DNA of 64,000 bases from a bacterium (lineage in GTDB: Bacteria; Patescibacteriota; Minisyncoccia; Phycocordibacterales; SBAW01). The notes under the pieces are model-generated. The model did not search any database. It was given only the letters and a program-made list of their open reading frames with translations, and had not been told where the DNA came from. Below, in pieces: positions 47,516-57,640 of the stretch. Location of the stretch: positions 676 to 64,675 of the forward strand of contig JAKBZO010000001.1 of the NCBI GenBank assembly GCA_021839985.1, in the 5' to 3' direction. The translations under genes were made by a program, and so were the position numbers. Numbering within the stretch: the first letter of the stretch is position 1; each line of letters begins with the position of its first letter.

Positions 47516-48569
47516 CCGCATCACCATCACCCGCCCGGACGACTGGCATCTGCATCTGCGCGACGGAGCTGCAATGAAAGATGTTGTGGCCCACAGCGCG
47601 GAGCGGTTCGGCAGGGCGCTGGTCATGCCGAATCTCAAGCCGCCAGTCGTGAGCGTCGGCCAAGCGTGGTCGTATCGAGAGCGGATCCTTGCGGCATTGC
47701 CGGATGATCCGCGCTTCGATCCGTACATGGCACTCTATCTCACCGACACTACGCCGGTGGACGAGATCAGGCGGGCAGCCATGGGGCCGCACATTCTCTC
47801 GTTCAAGCTTTACCCGGCAGGCGCAACCACCAACTCGGACGCTGGCGTGACCAACATCAACAAGATGCACGACCGGTTCGAGGCAATGGAGCGGTGGGAA
47901 GTGCCGCTGTGCGTGCACGGCGAAGTGACCGACCCATCAGTCGATATCTTCGATCGTGAGCTGGTGTTCATCGAGCGTGTCTTGGTGCCGCTCCGCAAGG
48001 AGCACCCGGCACTCAAGATCGTGCTTGAACACGTCACCACCAAGGATGGCGTCAATTTCGTCATCGACGAAGAGCGCCATCGCCATCCGACCGCAGCGAC
48101 GATCACAGCGCATAATCTGCTTCTCAATCGCAATGCGATCTTCCAGGGCGGCGTTCGCCCGCATCACTACTGCCTGCCAGTCCTCAAGCGCGAAGCTCAT
48201 CGTCAAGCGCTCCTGTGGGCAGCGACCCATGGCGGACCGCGGTTCTTCCTCGGCACCGACTCGGCGCCGCATGCGAAGAGTGCCAAGGAAGCGGCGTGCG
48301 GCTGCGCCGGATGTTTTACGGCGCACGCTGGCATCGAACTCTATGCGGAAGCATTCGCGCAAGTGAATGCGCTCGACAAGCTTGAAGCCTTCGCCTCCTT
48401 TCATGGCGCTGACTTCTATGGCCTTTCGCGCAATACGGGAACCATGACGCTTGTCCGAAAGCCATGGCTTGTGCCACCGTCCCATGAGTACGGAGAGAGT
48501 GAGGTGGTCGTCCCGCTCCGCGCCGGCGAATACATCTCTTGGTCGCTCGAAAGTCGCATGCATCCCTGA
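47496..48569 (+). CDS. pyrC: Dihydroorotase (homodimeric, E. coli type)
   Basis: [45 protein letters not shown]. Confidence 0.96.
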   Translation: MDTTCINRITITRPDDWHLHLRDGAAMKDVVAHSAERFGRALVMPNLKPPVVSVGQAWSYRERILAALPDDPRFDPYMALYLTDTTPVDEIRRAAMGPHILSFKLYPAGATTNSDAGVTNINKMHDRFEAMERWEVPLCVHGEVTDPSVDIFDRELVFIERVLVPLRKEHPALKIVLEHVTTKDGVNFVIDEERHRHPTAATITAHNLLLNRNAIFQGGVRPHHYCLPVLKREAHRQALLWAATHGGPRFFLGTDSAPHAKSAKEAACGCAGCFTAHAGIELYAEAFAQVNALDKLEAFASFHGADFYGLSRNTGTMTLVRKPWLVPPSHEYGESEVVVPLRAGEYISWSLESRMHP

Positions 48570-48662
48570 TCCGCACGCAACAACTCGCGCTTCGCCCATA
48601 CGGCGGACCGCGAGTTTTTCTTTGCTAACCTGACTTGGTATTTTCGAGTTACAATTTGCGAT

Positions 48663-49154
48663 ATGACTTTTTCCGCTCATGCTGTAGCCGGTGGCGCACT
48701 TGCGCTCGCCATGCCGCATCATCCCGCGCTCGCTTTCGTGGCGGGAGCTGCTAGTCATTTTGCGCTTGATGCAACGCCGCATTGGAACTACCATCCACGC
48801 TCAGCTTCGATCGATCCCGAAGGAGCGGGTGTTGGGAAACCGGTCGTTTACGATCGCGACCTTGCGATAGACCTCTCGGTCATCGCGTTTGATGGAGTCC
48901 TCGGCCTCGTGCTCGCTTTTATCTTTTTTGCGACGCCTGCGACCTGGTTCGCGGTGATGTGCGGCGCTGTCGGCGGTATCGCGCCCGATGCATTACACCT
49001 TCTCTACTCCCGATGGCCGCATGAACCGATCGCGTTGATCAACAAATTGCATTGCCGCATGCAGTGGGACATCTTCGAACACAATACGATCGCCGGTATT
49101 TTTTCTCAGATCGCCATCATTACACTCGTCTTCGTCATCGCAAAGATGATCTGA
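48663..49154 (+). CDS. Membrane protein with a His/Asp metal-binding pattern
   Basis: HAVAG, SHFALDATPH, APD, LH; several TMs. Confidence 0.6.
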   Translation: MTFSAHAVAGGALALAMPHHPALAFVAGAASHFALDATPHWNYHPRSASIDPEGAGVGKPVVYDRDLAIDLSVIAFDGVLGLVLAFIFFATPATWFAVMCGAVGGIAPDALHLLYSRWPHEPIALINKLHCRMQWDIFEHNTIAGIFSQIAIITLVFVIAKMI

Positions 49155-49524
49155 TGGCAAAACAAAAGCCGCGTAATGCGGCTTTTGTTAGAACATGGCT
49201 CTAAGTTGGGTCAATATTGAATCACGAAGCCAAAAGAGTACAGTTATGGAAGTTATGTTTTCTTGCATGTTGTTCTTTGCGACTCGTTGATTCGAGACCG
49301 CATACCTCTAAGCAATACTCATTTCGATAAATCGAAAGTGGAAGACGGTTCTGAGGATAGCCCCCGCGGGAACAGTATAAAAACTGCTGCCGAAGCGTCC
49401 TTAAATCGGTCCCAAAACCAGGGTTGGCCGTATTGCTTAGAGATATGCTCCCTCGAACATTGAGTGCGATCTCCGTGAGTGAGTGTCGTAAGAACTGCTT
49501 AAAGGTTAGCATACTAAACAATCT

Positions 49525-50583
49525 ATGTCAAGCTCTTCACAAGACGGATTCGATGATGCGGAAAATATCGTTGTGCCACAAGGAGAAGCGGCGACTCCCT
49601 CCCCATCGCTCGACGCCACGCTGCGCCCTGCGGCATGGGACGAATACATCGGGCAAGAAAGCATCAAAAACAATTTGCATGTGCTCATCACCGCCGCGCG
49701 CGAGCGCCAGGTTCCGCCCGAACACGTCCTTTTTTATGGCCCGCCCGGCCTCGGCAAGACCACGCTCGCTCACCTCATCGCACACGAGCTCGACGGCAAC
49801 CTTCGCACCACCTCCGGACCTGCAATAGAGCGCGTCGGCGACTTGGCCGCGCTTCTCACCAACCTCTCGCCGCGCGATATTCTTTTCATCGACGAGATCC
49901 ATCGTCTGCCCCGAACGATAGAAGAGGTGCTCTACCCCGCGATGGAGTCGGGAGTGCTCAATATCATCATCGGAAAAGGGCCGAGCGCGCGTACGATCGA
50001 GCTGCCGCTGCCGCCGTTCACACTCATCGCCGCGACCACGCGCGTCGCCGACCTCTCCGCACCGCTTCGTTCTCGATTCTCCGGCGGCAGTTTCCGTTTG
50101 GAGTTCTATAGCGAAGACGACATCGCCGCGATCGTGCGGCGATCGGCGGCGATCCTTGGTGTTGAAATTGAAGAGGAGGCCGTCCGCGAGATCGCGCGGC
50201 GCGCGCGCTTCACCCCGCGTACCGCAAACTACTTGCTCAAGCGCGCGCGCGATTTCGCCCAGCTTAAACGCTCGCCGATCACGAAGCGGGTCGCCGCCGA
50301 GGCGCTCGGCATGCTTGAGGTGGATGAGCTCGGCCTCACTCCCACCGATCGCCGGCTTCTGGAAGTACTCATCGAGCGATTCGGCGGCGGCCCTGCGGGC
50401 GTTAGCGCGGTCGCCGCGGCGCTTGCTGAAGAGCCGAACACGCTTTCCGATGTCCACGAACCGTACCTGCTGCAGCTCGGTCTCATTGAGCGCACGCCAC
50501 GCGGGCGCGTCGCCACACAAAAAGCCTATGCCCATCTCGGCTTCGACACACCTGACGATCTCCAGGACAAACTGATCGGCTAG
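49525..50583 (+). CDS. ruvB: Holliday junction helicase RuvB
   Basis: LRP, GPPGLGKTTLA, FIDEIHRL, ATTR, TPR, RTPRGR. Confidence 0.97.
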   Translation: MSSSSQDGFDDAENIVVPQGEAATPSPSLDATLRPAAWDEYIGQESIKNNLHVLITAARERQVPPEHVLFYGPPGLGKTTLAHLIAHELDGNLRTTSGPAIERVGDLAALLTNLSPRDILFIDEIHRLPRTIEEVLYPAMESGVLNIIIGKGPSARTIELPLPPFTLIAATTRVADLSAPLRSRFSGGSFRLEFYSEDDIAAIVRRSAAILGVEIEEEAVREIARRARFTPRTANYLLKRARDFAQLKRSPITKRVAAEALGMLEVDELGLTPTDRRLLEVLIERFGGGPAGVSAVAAALAEEPNTLSDVHEPYLLQLGLIERTPRGRVATQKAYAHLGFDTPDDLQDKLIG

Positions 50584-50640
50584 AAGACAAAAAGAAAAAG
50601 CGCGGGTCTCTCCGCGCTTTTTGTCAGCTTTGCTGGCGGT

Positions 50641-50880
50641 CTAGTTGAATCTGCACTTTTTGCGAAGCGTGACCTCATTGACCATTCCCGCGACACGATC
50701 TTCAGCCTTCGGCGTGATCTCAACGACGATGTAGGGATACTCATGCTGAGCTTCCTCGTCCGCCACTTCGACCTCTTGTCCGACGGCGTTGATCAAGCCG
50801 CTTTTCAGCCAATCATCATCGCTAAGAACACAATGGAACGCCCTGCCTGTCTCATCCTGGAACGTCACGAGTGTTTGCAT
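50641..50880 (-). CDS. Hypothetical protein
   Basis: SD GGGAG before ATG 50880; terminator hairpin downstream. Confidence 0.5.
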   Translation of the reverse strand: MQTLVTFQDETGRAFHCVLSDDDWLKSGLINAVGQEVEVADEEAQHEYPYIVVEITPKAEDRVAGMVNEVTLRKKCRFN

Positions 50881-51024
50881 CTCTGCTCCCGTGGTTATGG
50901 TCTGCCCTGAATGAAATAGCAAAATGACACCCATGTCAAATGCATAGAAAAAAGTTTCGCGCTACAATGGATTTATCATATTTGGTTTCCTACCCCCTAC
51001 CAGCTAATACCTACCACCTAATTT

Positions 51025-51555
51025 ATGGCCGGTCATTCCAAGTGGGCAAAGCTCAAACATCAAAAAGCGATCACCGATGTTCGCAAGGCGAAGATCTTTT
51101 CTAAACTCTTGCGTGTGATATCGGTCGAAGCGAAGAAGGCGAAAGGTGACCGCACCGCGCCAAGTCTTCGCGCCGCCATCGACAAGGCGCGCGCTGCCAA
51201 CGTCCCCTCTGACAACATCGATCGCGCTGTCGATAAGGCGTCGGCAGCAGGCGGCGCGGAGCTCGAGCCCGTGCTCTACGAAGCGTACGGTCCTGCCGGC
51301 GTTGCGATCATCATCGAAGGCTACACCGACAACCGCAATCGCACGGTACAAGAACTCAAACATCTGCTTTCAAAGAATAATGGCGCACTTGCCAACCCGG
51401 GCGCCGCGATCTGGGCATTCACCAAGACCGATGAGGGGTATGAGGCAACCACGACCGTTGAACTCTCCGATGAGGATGGGGAGAAGCTTTCAAATTTGGT
51501 CGACGCGCTGGACGATCATGATGATGTCAGTGAGGTGTATACCAATGCGGCATAA
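51025..51555 (+). CDS. YebC/PmpR family protein (short form)
   Basis: MAGHSKW, YEAYGPAGVA, TDNRNRT, DDVSEVYTN. Confidence 0.93.
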   Translation: MAGHSKWAKLKHQKAITDVRKAKIFSKLLRVISVEAKKAKGDRTAPSLRAAIDKARAANVPSDNIDRAVDKASAAGGAELEPVLYEAYGPAGVAIIIEGYTDNRNRTVQELKHLLSKNNGALANPGAAIWAFTKTDEGYEATTTVELSDEDGEKLSNLVDALDDHDDVSEVYTNAA

Positions 51556-51614
51556 TAATGTTGAACCACGCACATGCCGCATCTTTTCGAGATCTAAACA
51601 TTTTGTGGTGACCT

Positions 51615-52085
51615 ATGAAGATCCTTGCTTTCGATCCTGGCTTTGAGCGACTCGGTATTGCAGTGGTGGAGCGCGTAGGCGGTAAGGACGTGCTCATTCA
51701 TTCAGCATGCGTACAGACGCCGAAAGATATTCCCTTCCATGAGCGTCTGCGCATGCTCGGCACTGAGGTTGAGGCGGCTATCGCGCGATTCTCTCCGGAT
51801 GCGGTAGCGCTTGAGAATGTCTACTTCGAAAAGAATGCGAAGACTGCGATCAACGTTGCAGCGGTGCGAGGCGTCCTTGCCTACATAGCAGCCGTACACG
51901 ATCTGCCGCTCTATGAGTACACGCCGCTGCAGGTAAAGGTAGCGGTCACCGGTTATGGTAAGAGCGACAAGGCAGCGGTCGCCGCGATGGTGCCGCGGCT
52001 CGTGGCGCTCCCTGCGCGCAAGCGGCTTGACGACGAGTTCGACGCGATCGCGGTGGGGCTCACCTGCCTGGCGTCCGTTCGCTGA
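51615..52085 (+). CDS. ruvC: Holliday junction resolvase RuvC
   Basis: FDPG, LE.VYF, EYTP.QVK, GYGKSDK, DDEFDAIA. Confidence 0.95.
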   Translation: MKILAFDPGFERLGIAVVERVGGKDVLIHSACVQTPKDIPFHERLRMLGTEVEAAIARFSPDAVALENVYFEKNAKTAINVAAVRGVLAYIAAVHDLPLYEYTPLQVKVAVTGYGKSDKAAVAAMVPRLVALPARKRLDDEFDAIAVGLTCLASVR

Positions 52086-52199
52086 ATTGCGCCGCCCGTG
52101 CATATCCACAGCCGGCGTTTCTGCGAGAGTTGCAAACTTTTTTTGGTTTGGTACAACAGTTGATGTACGTAAATTAAAAAGTTAATTGTTGTAGCGTTT

Positions 52200-52367
52200 A
52201 TGCGTGACGAGTTGGAAGAGGAACTTGAAGAGGGTGAATTCCCCAAGCATGGGCTTGCCGATGATGGCGACGATGCCGACTGGGACGATGGCGAGCTTGA
52301 TGACGAAAGCGAAGACCCGGTCCCCGGGGGCGAGGCGGAAGAGGAAGACGCGGACGAATTCATATAA
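52200..52367 (+). CDS. Small highly acidic protein (55 aa, not in the ORF track)
   Basis: MRDELEEELEEGEFPKHGLADDGDDADWDDGELDDESEDPVPGGEAEEEDADEFI; promoter-like TTGCAA-16-TACAAC upstream and terminator hairpin downstream. Confidence 0.6.
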   Translation: MRDELEEELEEGEFPKHGLADDGDDADWDDGELDDESEDPVPGGEAEEEDADEFI

Positions 52368-52454
52368 GAAACCGCCGGCGATATGCCGGCGGTTTTGTTT
52401 TGGCAAAAGAAACGCCGCCGGGATCGCCGGCGGCGTTTGGTGCACACATCCGTT

Positions 52455-53273
52455 TCAGTCGCGCAGCAGTTCGTTGATGCCGGTCTTGCTGCGAGTCCGC
52501 TCGTCGACCGTCTTCACGATCACGGCGCAGGAGAGGCCGTGCGATCCATCCTTGGCGGGCAGACTGCCGGGGACGACCACCGAATAGGCCGGCACGCGGC
52601 CGTAGGTGATCTCACCTGTGGCACGATTGAGGATCTTGGTACTCTGGCTCAAGAAGACGCCCATGCTGAGGACCGCGCCCTTCTCGACGATGACGCCTTC
52701 CACGACTTCGCAGCGAGCGCTGATGAAGCAGCCGTCTTCGATGATGGTCGGATTGGCTTGGACCGGCTCGAGAACGCCACCGATGCCGACACCGCCGGCG
52801 AGGTGCACGTTCTTGCCGATCTGCGCACAAGAACCGACCGTCGCCCAGGTATCGACCATCGTGCCCTCGTCGACGTAGGCGCCGATGTTGACGTAGCTCG
52901 GCATCAGGATGACGTTCTTGCCGATGAAAGCGCCGTGGCGTGCAACGGCCGGCGGCACCACACGGAAGCCACCCTTCTGGAAGCTGTGCGTGTCGTACTT
53001 GGCGAACTTGGTTTGCACCTTGTCGAAATAGCGCATCGAGCCGCCGTCCATGAGGCAGTTGTCCTCGAGCCGGAACGACAGCAGTACGGCCTTCTTGATC
53101 CATTGGTGGGTGACCCATTCGCCGGCCATCTTATCCGCGACGCGCAGCGCGCCGGCGTCGAGGAGGTTGAGGGCCTCGTTTACCGCTTGCGTGAGTTGCG
53201 CCGGCGCGTGGCCGGGCTTGAGCTCCGCACGGATTTCCCAGGCTTCGTCAATGATGTGTTGCAGTTCTTGCAT
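52455..53273 (-). CDS. dapD: Tetrahydrodipicolinate N-succinyltransferase
   Basis: [55 protein letters not shown]. Confidence 0.96.
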   Translation of the reverse strand: MQELQHIIDEAWEIRAELKPGHAPAQLTQAVNEALNLLDAGALRVADKMAGEWVTHQWIKKAVLLSFRLEDNCLMDGGSMRYFDKVQTKFAKYDTHSFQKGGFRVVPPAVARHGAFIGKNVILMPSYVNIGAYVDEGTMVDTWATVGSCAQIGKNVHLAGGVGIGGVLEPVQANPTIIEDGCFISARCEVVEGVIVEKGAVLSMGVFLSQSTKILNRATGEITYGRVPAYSVVVPGSLPAKDGSHGLSCAVIVKTVDERTRSKTGINELLRD

Positions 53274-53285
53274 GCTGTTCTCCTT

Positions 53286-53702
53286 TCAGGAGATTGTGGC
53301 CGCCGTGTTGGCCGGCTTGAGGATGAGGAGTACTGCGACATGTTTGCCCGAAAGCAGCGAGCGCACTGTCGTGTGTTTCGTTTCAGCCTTCTCGGCGTCA
53401 TTGCAGATGGTATCGCCGAAGTACATGCGGGTGATTCCCCGCATCTTGTCGGTCACAGGGAACGGCGCGCGCTTGTTCTGTGTGTCGCAACCGTGCACGG
53501 CGTACGCCAGATACTGTAACAGGAGAGCGGACTTGTATTTACCCTCTCCTACATCGGTGCTACAAACGGCGCCGTCGGTCGAGATCGTGAAGCGGGCAAC
53601 CGGAACATCGGACTCGCGCGCGAGGCCGAAATACTCGACCAACTTCGCCGCATTCCCGGCAAGATCGTTCGCAACGAACACGCATGCCTTTTCTTCGTGC
53701 AT
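53286..53702 (-). CDS. Hypothetical protein upstream of dapD
   Basis: SD AAGGAG; ends 13 nt before dapD. Confidence 0.55.
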   Translation of the reverse strand: MHEEKACVFVANDLAGNAAKLVEYFGLARESDVPVARFTISTDGAVCSTDVGEGKYKSALLLQYLAYAVHGCDTQNKRAPFPVTDKMRGITRMYFGDTICNDAEKAETKHTTVRSLLSGKHVAVLLILKPANTAATIS

Positions 53703-53828
53703 CAACTTCTCCTTCCTTGATGAGATGGGTGGTTTTGAAACGGATTGTGGTGAACAGATCCACACACACCATACGCCAAACCGCCTGCTGGCGCAAGCGA
53801 TTTCGTATCAGAAACCCATAGCTCGAGT

Positions 53829-55025
53829 TTATTTCACCACCACGTTGAGGAAGCGGTGTTTGCCGATGCGGATGGTTGCGGACTGCGTGATCGTGTCGTC
53901 GATCGTTTCGAAGGTACGGCCGCCAACCTCAGAGACAGCGCGCGCGTCGACAAGGCGGCGCAGTTCGCTCATGGAGCCCGCGACATCTTTGAGCACGTCG
54001 CGCAGAGTGGCGCCGCTTGCAACCTCAACGGTCGGCGCGCCCTCCGGCACGCCGCCTTCGCTGAAGGTCGTCGCCCATGACTCCTCCGCACTCTGCGCCT
54101 CGGCTGCGCCATGGTAGATGGTGACGATCTCGCGCGCGAGGCGCATCTTGGCATCTTTGGGGTGGAGCGCGCCGCCCTCAAGCGTCTGTTCGATCTCGTG
54201 AACGTCGGTCATGGGGACGCGCGTGCAAAGTTCAAAGTAGCGCACGATGAATTCGTCGCGCATGCTCATGATCTTGCCGTACATGTCCGAAGGCGTCATG
54301 GCGAAGGTGATCGTGTTGCCCCAGCTTGAACTCATCTTGCGACCGTCAGTGCCTTCAAGCAGCGGCCCCATCACGATGTTCTGCGGGGCCTGGCCATACT
54401 TCTCCTGGAGGGCGCGGCCGGCAAGTAAATTGAATTTCTGATCGGTACCGCCGAGCTCGACGTCGGAGCGCACGGCCACACTATCGTAACCTTGCATGAG
54501 AGGATAGAGCACTTCGCGCAGCGAAACGCGCTTCCCCGCCTCAAGCCGTCGTGCGATATTGTCGCGCGCAATGAAGTCGGCGACAGAAAACGCGTCCGCT
54601 TGCTCGCCTATTTCGGCATATGTGAGCGCACCGAGCCACTCGCTGTTATGGTGAAATTCCGCCGCCGAGAGCTCGATGAGCTTGCCCGCCTGTTCCTTGT
54701 ATGTCGCCTCATTGTGCGCGACCGCTTCGCGCGTTAGCATCGGGCGCTCGGCCTCCTTGTCCGACGTGTCGCCTATGACCGCGGTGAAATCGCCGACGAT
54801 GAACACGGCTTGGTGCCCCAACTCTTGGAGGTCGCGCATTTTAAGAAGCGCTACGGCGCGCCCAAGGTGTAGGTCGGGCGATGTCGGGTCGATGCCAAGC
54901 TTGATGCGCAAGCGCTCGCCAGAGAGCAGCTTCTTGCGCAGATCGTCTTTCACGATGACCTCGGTCACGCCGCGCGAGAGTACTTCGTCGATCTTCTGTT
55001 CATCGGTCGAAACAGGCCTGTTCAT
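53829..55025 (-). CDS. tyrS: Tyrosine--tRNA ligase
   Basis: GIDPTSPDLHLG, YPLMQGYD, GGTDQKFN, KMSSS. Confidence 0.97.
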   Translation of the reverse strand: MNRPVSTDEQKIDEVLSRGVTEVIVKDDLRKKLLSGERLRIKLGIDPTSPDLHLGRAVALLKMRDLQELGHQAVFIVGDFTAVIGDTSDKEAERPMLTREAVAHNEATYKEQAGKLIELSAAEFHHNSEWLGALTYAEIGEQADAFSVADFIARDNIARRLEAGKRVSLREVLYPLMQGYDSVAVRSDVELGGTDQKFNLLAGRALQEKYGQAPQNIVMGPLLEGTDGRKMSSSWGNTITFAMTPSDMYGKIMSMRDEFIVRYFELCTRVPMTDVHEIEQTLEGGALHPKDAKMRLAREIVTIYHGAAEAQSAEESWATTFSEGGVPEGAPTVEVASGATLRDVLKDVAGSMSELRRLVDARAVSEVGGRTFETIDDTITQSATIRIGKHRFLNVVVK

Positions 55026-55082
55026 GGAAACACTATACCACGCAAGGGCGCAGGGCGCAGGACGCATGGTATAATCCATGCA

Positions 55083-57302
55083 ATGACAGCTCCTCACCGC
55101 AGGTTTTCGTTCATTCGCCGACATTGGCGCGCCTTGATCATGTGGGTCCTCGGCGCTTTCTTTGCGATAAGCGGCGCCTTACTTGTTTGGACCGCCACGC
55201 TCAAGATCCCCGACCTATCGTCGATCGAGAACCGCAAGATCGAGCAGTCGCTGAAGATCTATGATCGCACCGGTACCGTGCTTCTCTACGACGTCAACAA
55301 GAACATCGATCGCACGATCGTCCCTCTCTCAAGCGTTTCGCCGGACATTCAGCATGCGACGATCGCGATGGAGGATCCGACCTTCTACTCCAATATCGGC
55401 ATTGAGCCTTTGGCGATCCTTCGTGCCGGCCTCGTTGATATTCTGACACTCAACAAATCTCAAGGCGGCTCGACGCTCACGCAACAGGTGGTGCGACAAA
55501 CCATTCTCTCGACCGACAAGACCTTCACACGCAAACTCAAAGAACTCGTGCTGTCGCTTAAACTCACGCGCGTACTGCCGAAGGATCAGATCCTTGAGAT
55601 CTATCTCAACCAGGCGCCTTACGGCGGCGCCATCTACGGCGTGCAGGAAGCGAGCGAACAATTCTTCGGTGTCCCCGCAAGCGATGTGACGTTGCCGGAA
55701 GCCGCCTATCTTGCTGCGATTCTCCCCGCCCCCACCTACTACTCGCCGTATGGCAATCATAAAGATACGCTCGACGCGCTCAAGAATGTCGTGCTCGATA
55801 AGATGTTCGAGCAAGGATACATAACCGCCGCACAGCGTGATGACGCCAAGGCGGCGGTCGTCCATTTCCAGCCGCAAAAAGCAACGGCGATCCAAGCACC
55901 GCACTTCGTCTTTTATGTCGAACAATATCTTGAGCAGAAATACGGCGCGGATGCGCTTGACCAGAACGGCTGGACGGTCATCTCGACGCTCGACGCCGAC
56001 CTGCAGGCGCACGCCGAAGCGATCGTGCAAAAAGACATGCCGGCCATCGAGAAGAATTACAACGCGTCCAACACCGGCTTCATTGCACTCGACCCCACCA
56101 ATGGCCAGATCTTGGTGATGGTGGGATCACGCAACTACTTCGACACACAGATCGACGGCAACTTCAATGTCACCGTCTCGAAAAACCGCCAACCAGGTTC
56201 GACCTTTAAGCCATTCGCGTATTCGGTCGCATTCCAAAAAGGCTACACGCCGGACACCGTTCTCTTCGATGTGCCGACCCAGTTCTCGACCAATTGCAAA
56301 CCGGACGACCTCACTATGGGCGGAGTGAACAAGTGCTACTCGCCAGGCGACTTCGATGGGAAGTGGCGCGGACCGATGTCGCTGCGTGATGCGCTTGCGC
56401 AATCGATCAACGTGCCATCGGTCGAGGTGCTCTACCTTGCCGGCATCAACGATACGTTCGAACTAGCGCGCGCGATGGGGATTTCATCGCTCGGCGATCC
56501 TAATCAGTACGGTCTTACGCTGGTGCTCGGCGGCGGTGAAGTGTCGCTCCTTGAAATGACGAGCGCCTACGGCACGTTCGCAACGAACGGTACGCACTTC
56601 GCTCCGGTCAGTGTATTACAGATCAAAGACGCCAATGGGAACATCGTTGAGGACAACACGCAGCCGGTCGGGACGCAGATACTCACGCCGCAAGTGACCG
56701 GCGAGATCAATGACGTTCTTTCTGATAATGTGGCGCGCATGCCAGAGTTCGGCGCAGATTCCGCGCTCTACTTCCCCGGTCATGACGTAGCGGTGAAGAC
56801 CGGTACGACCAACGACTACCGCGATGCGTGGGTCATCGGCTACACGCCGAATGTCGTCGTGGGTTCGTGGGCTGGTAATAATGACAACACACCGATGACG
56901 AAGAATATCGCTGGTTTCATTTTGGCGCCCATGTGGCATGAAGTGATGGATTATGTCATTTCCAAAGAACCGAACTCGACATTCCAGCGCAGCGAGGTGC
57001 CGCTTATCTCTGGCAAGCCGGTCTTACAGGGTGTGTGGCAGGGTGGCGACGCCACGATCGTGGGCGGCATCGAGCAGGTGCCGTGCAACGTGCACAACAT
57101 CCTGTACTGGATAAATAAAGATGACCCGACTGGCGCCGCTCCGCGCGATCAAAGCCAGGACCCACAGTATCCATATTGGGAGGCGGCGGTGCAGCGCTGG
57201 ATCTCCACCTCAGGACAGTCATGCACGCCCGGCTCAACGATCACCGTCGGGCCCGCGCCACTCATCACACCGCTCTCAACGAGCACCCCTGCAGCGCTGT
57301 AG
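55083..57302 (+). CDS. Class A penicillin-binding protein
   Basis: EDPTF, GGSTLTQQ, RKLKE; SxxK (STFK), SIN, KTGT. Confidence 0.95.
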   Translation: MTAPHRRFSFIRRHWRALIMWVLGAFFAISGALLVWTATLKIPDLSSIENRKIEQSLKIYDRTGTVLLYDVNKNIDRTIVPLSSVSPDIQHATIAMEDPTFYSNIGIEPLAILRAGLVDILTLNKSQGGSTLTQQVVRQTILSTDKTFTRKLKELVLSLKLTRVLPKDQILEIYLNQAPYGGAIYGVQEASEQFFGVPASDVTLPEAAYLAAILPAPTYYSPYGNHKDTLDALKNVVLDKMFEQGYITAAQRDDAKAAVVHFQPQKATAIQAPHFVFYVEQYLEQKYGADALDQNGWTVISTLDADLQAHAEAIVQKDMPAIEKNYNASNTGFIALDPTNGQILVMVGSRNYFDTQIDGNFNVTVSKNRQPGSTFKPFAYSVAFQKGYTPDTVLFDVPTQFSTNCKPDDLTMGGVNKCYSPGDFDGKWRGPMSLRDALAQSINVPSVEVLYLAGINDTFELARAMGISSLGDPNQYGLTLVLGGGEVSLLEMTSAYGTFATNGTHFAPVSVLQIKDANGNIVEDNTQPVGTQILTPQVTGEINDVLSDNVARMPEFGADSALYFPGHDVAVKTGTTNDYRDAWVIGYTPNVVVGSWAGNNDNTPMTKNIAGFILAPMWHEVMDYVISKEPNSTFQRSEVPLISGKPVLQGVWQGGDATIVGGIEQVPCNVHNILYWINKDDPTGAAPRDQSQDPQYPYWEAAVQRWISTSGQSCTPGSTITVGPAPLITPLSTSTPAAL

Positions 57303-57309
57303 GGGCCCG

Positions 57310-57564
57310 TCACTGTATATCCTTGAACCCGTCGCCAACCACGGCGCGGACCGCGGAGACGATCTCCTGCTTATGAAGAAGTATTTCTGTTTTCTGTGCG
57401 CCACCCTGTGCTATATGCGCGATGCCGTGCAAATAGCGGATGCTGCGCTCCGGCACGTCGATGCTGAATTTTTCTTTCAAGATCCCCCGCACCGCTCGCA
57501 CCACCGCCAAAGACGGCGGGGTGAAGTCCTTAAAACGAGAGAGTAATGATGAGATGGTTTTCAT
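57310..57564 (-). CDS. Small protein, possibly DciA/DUF721-like
   Basis: Directly downstream of dnaN; KTEILLHKQEIV helix pattern. Confidence 0.45.
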   Translation of the reverse strand: MKTISSLLSRFKDFTPPSLAVVRAVRGILKEKFSIDVPERSIRYLHGIAHIAQGGAQKTEILLHKQEIVSAVRAVVGDGFKDIQ

Positions 57565-57640
57565 CTAAAAGCTTTTAGCTTTTAGCTTTTAGCTTTTCGG
57601 GTCAGACCTAACGCCTACAAGCTACAAGCTACCAGCTTCA

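Noticed and set aside
49222-49521. Small ORFs in the AT-rich gap before ruvB
   Set aside because: No motif or convincing start signal on either strand.
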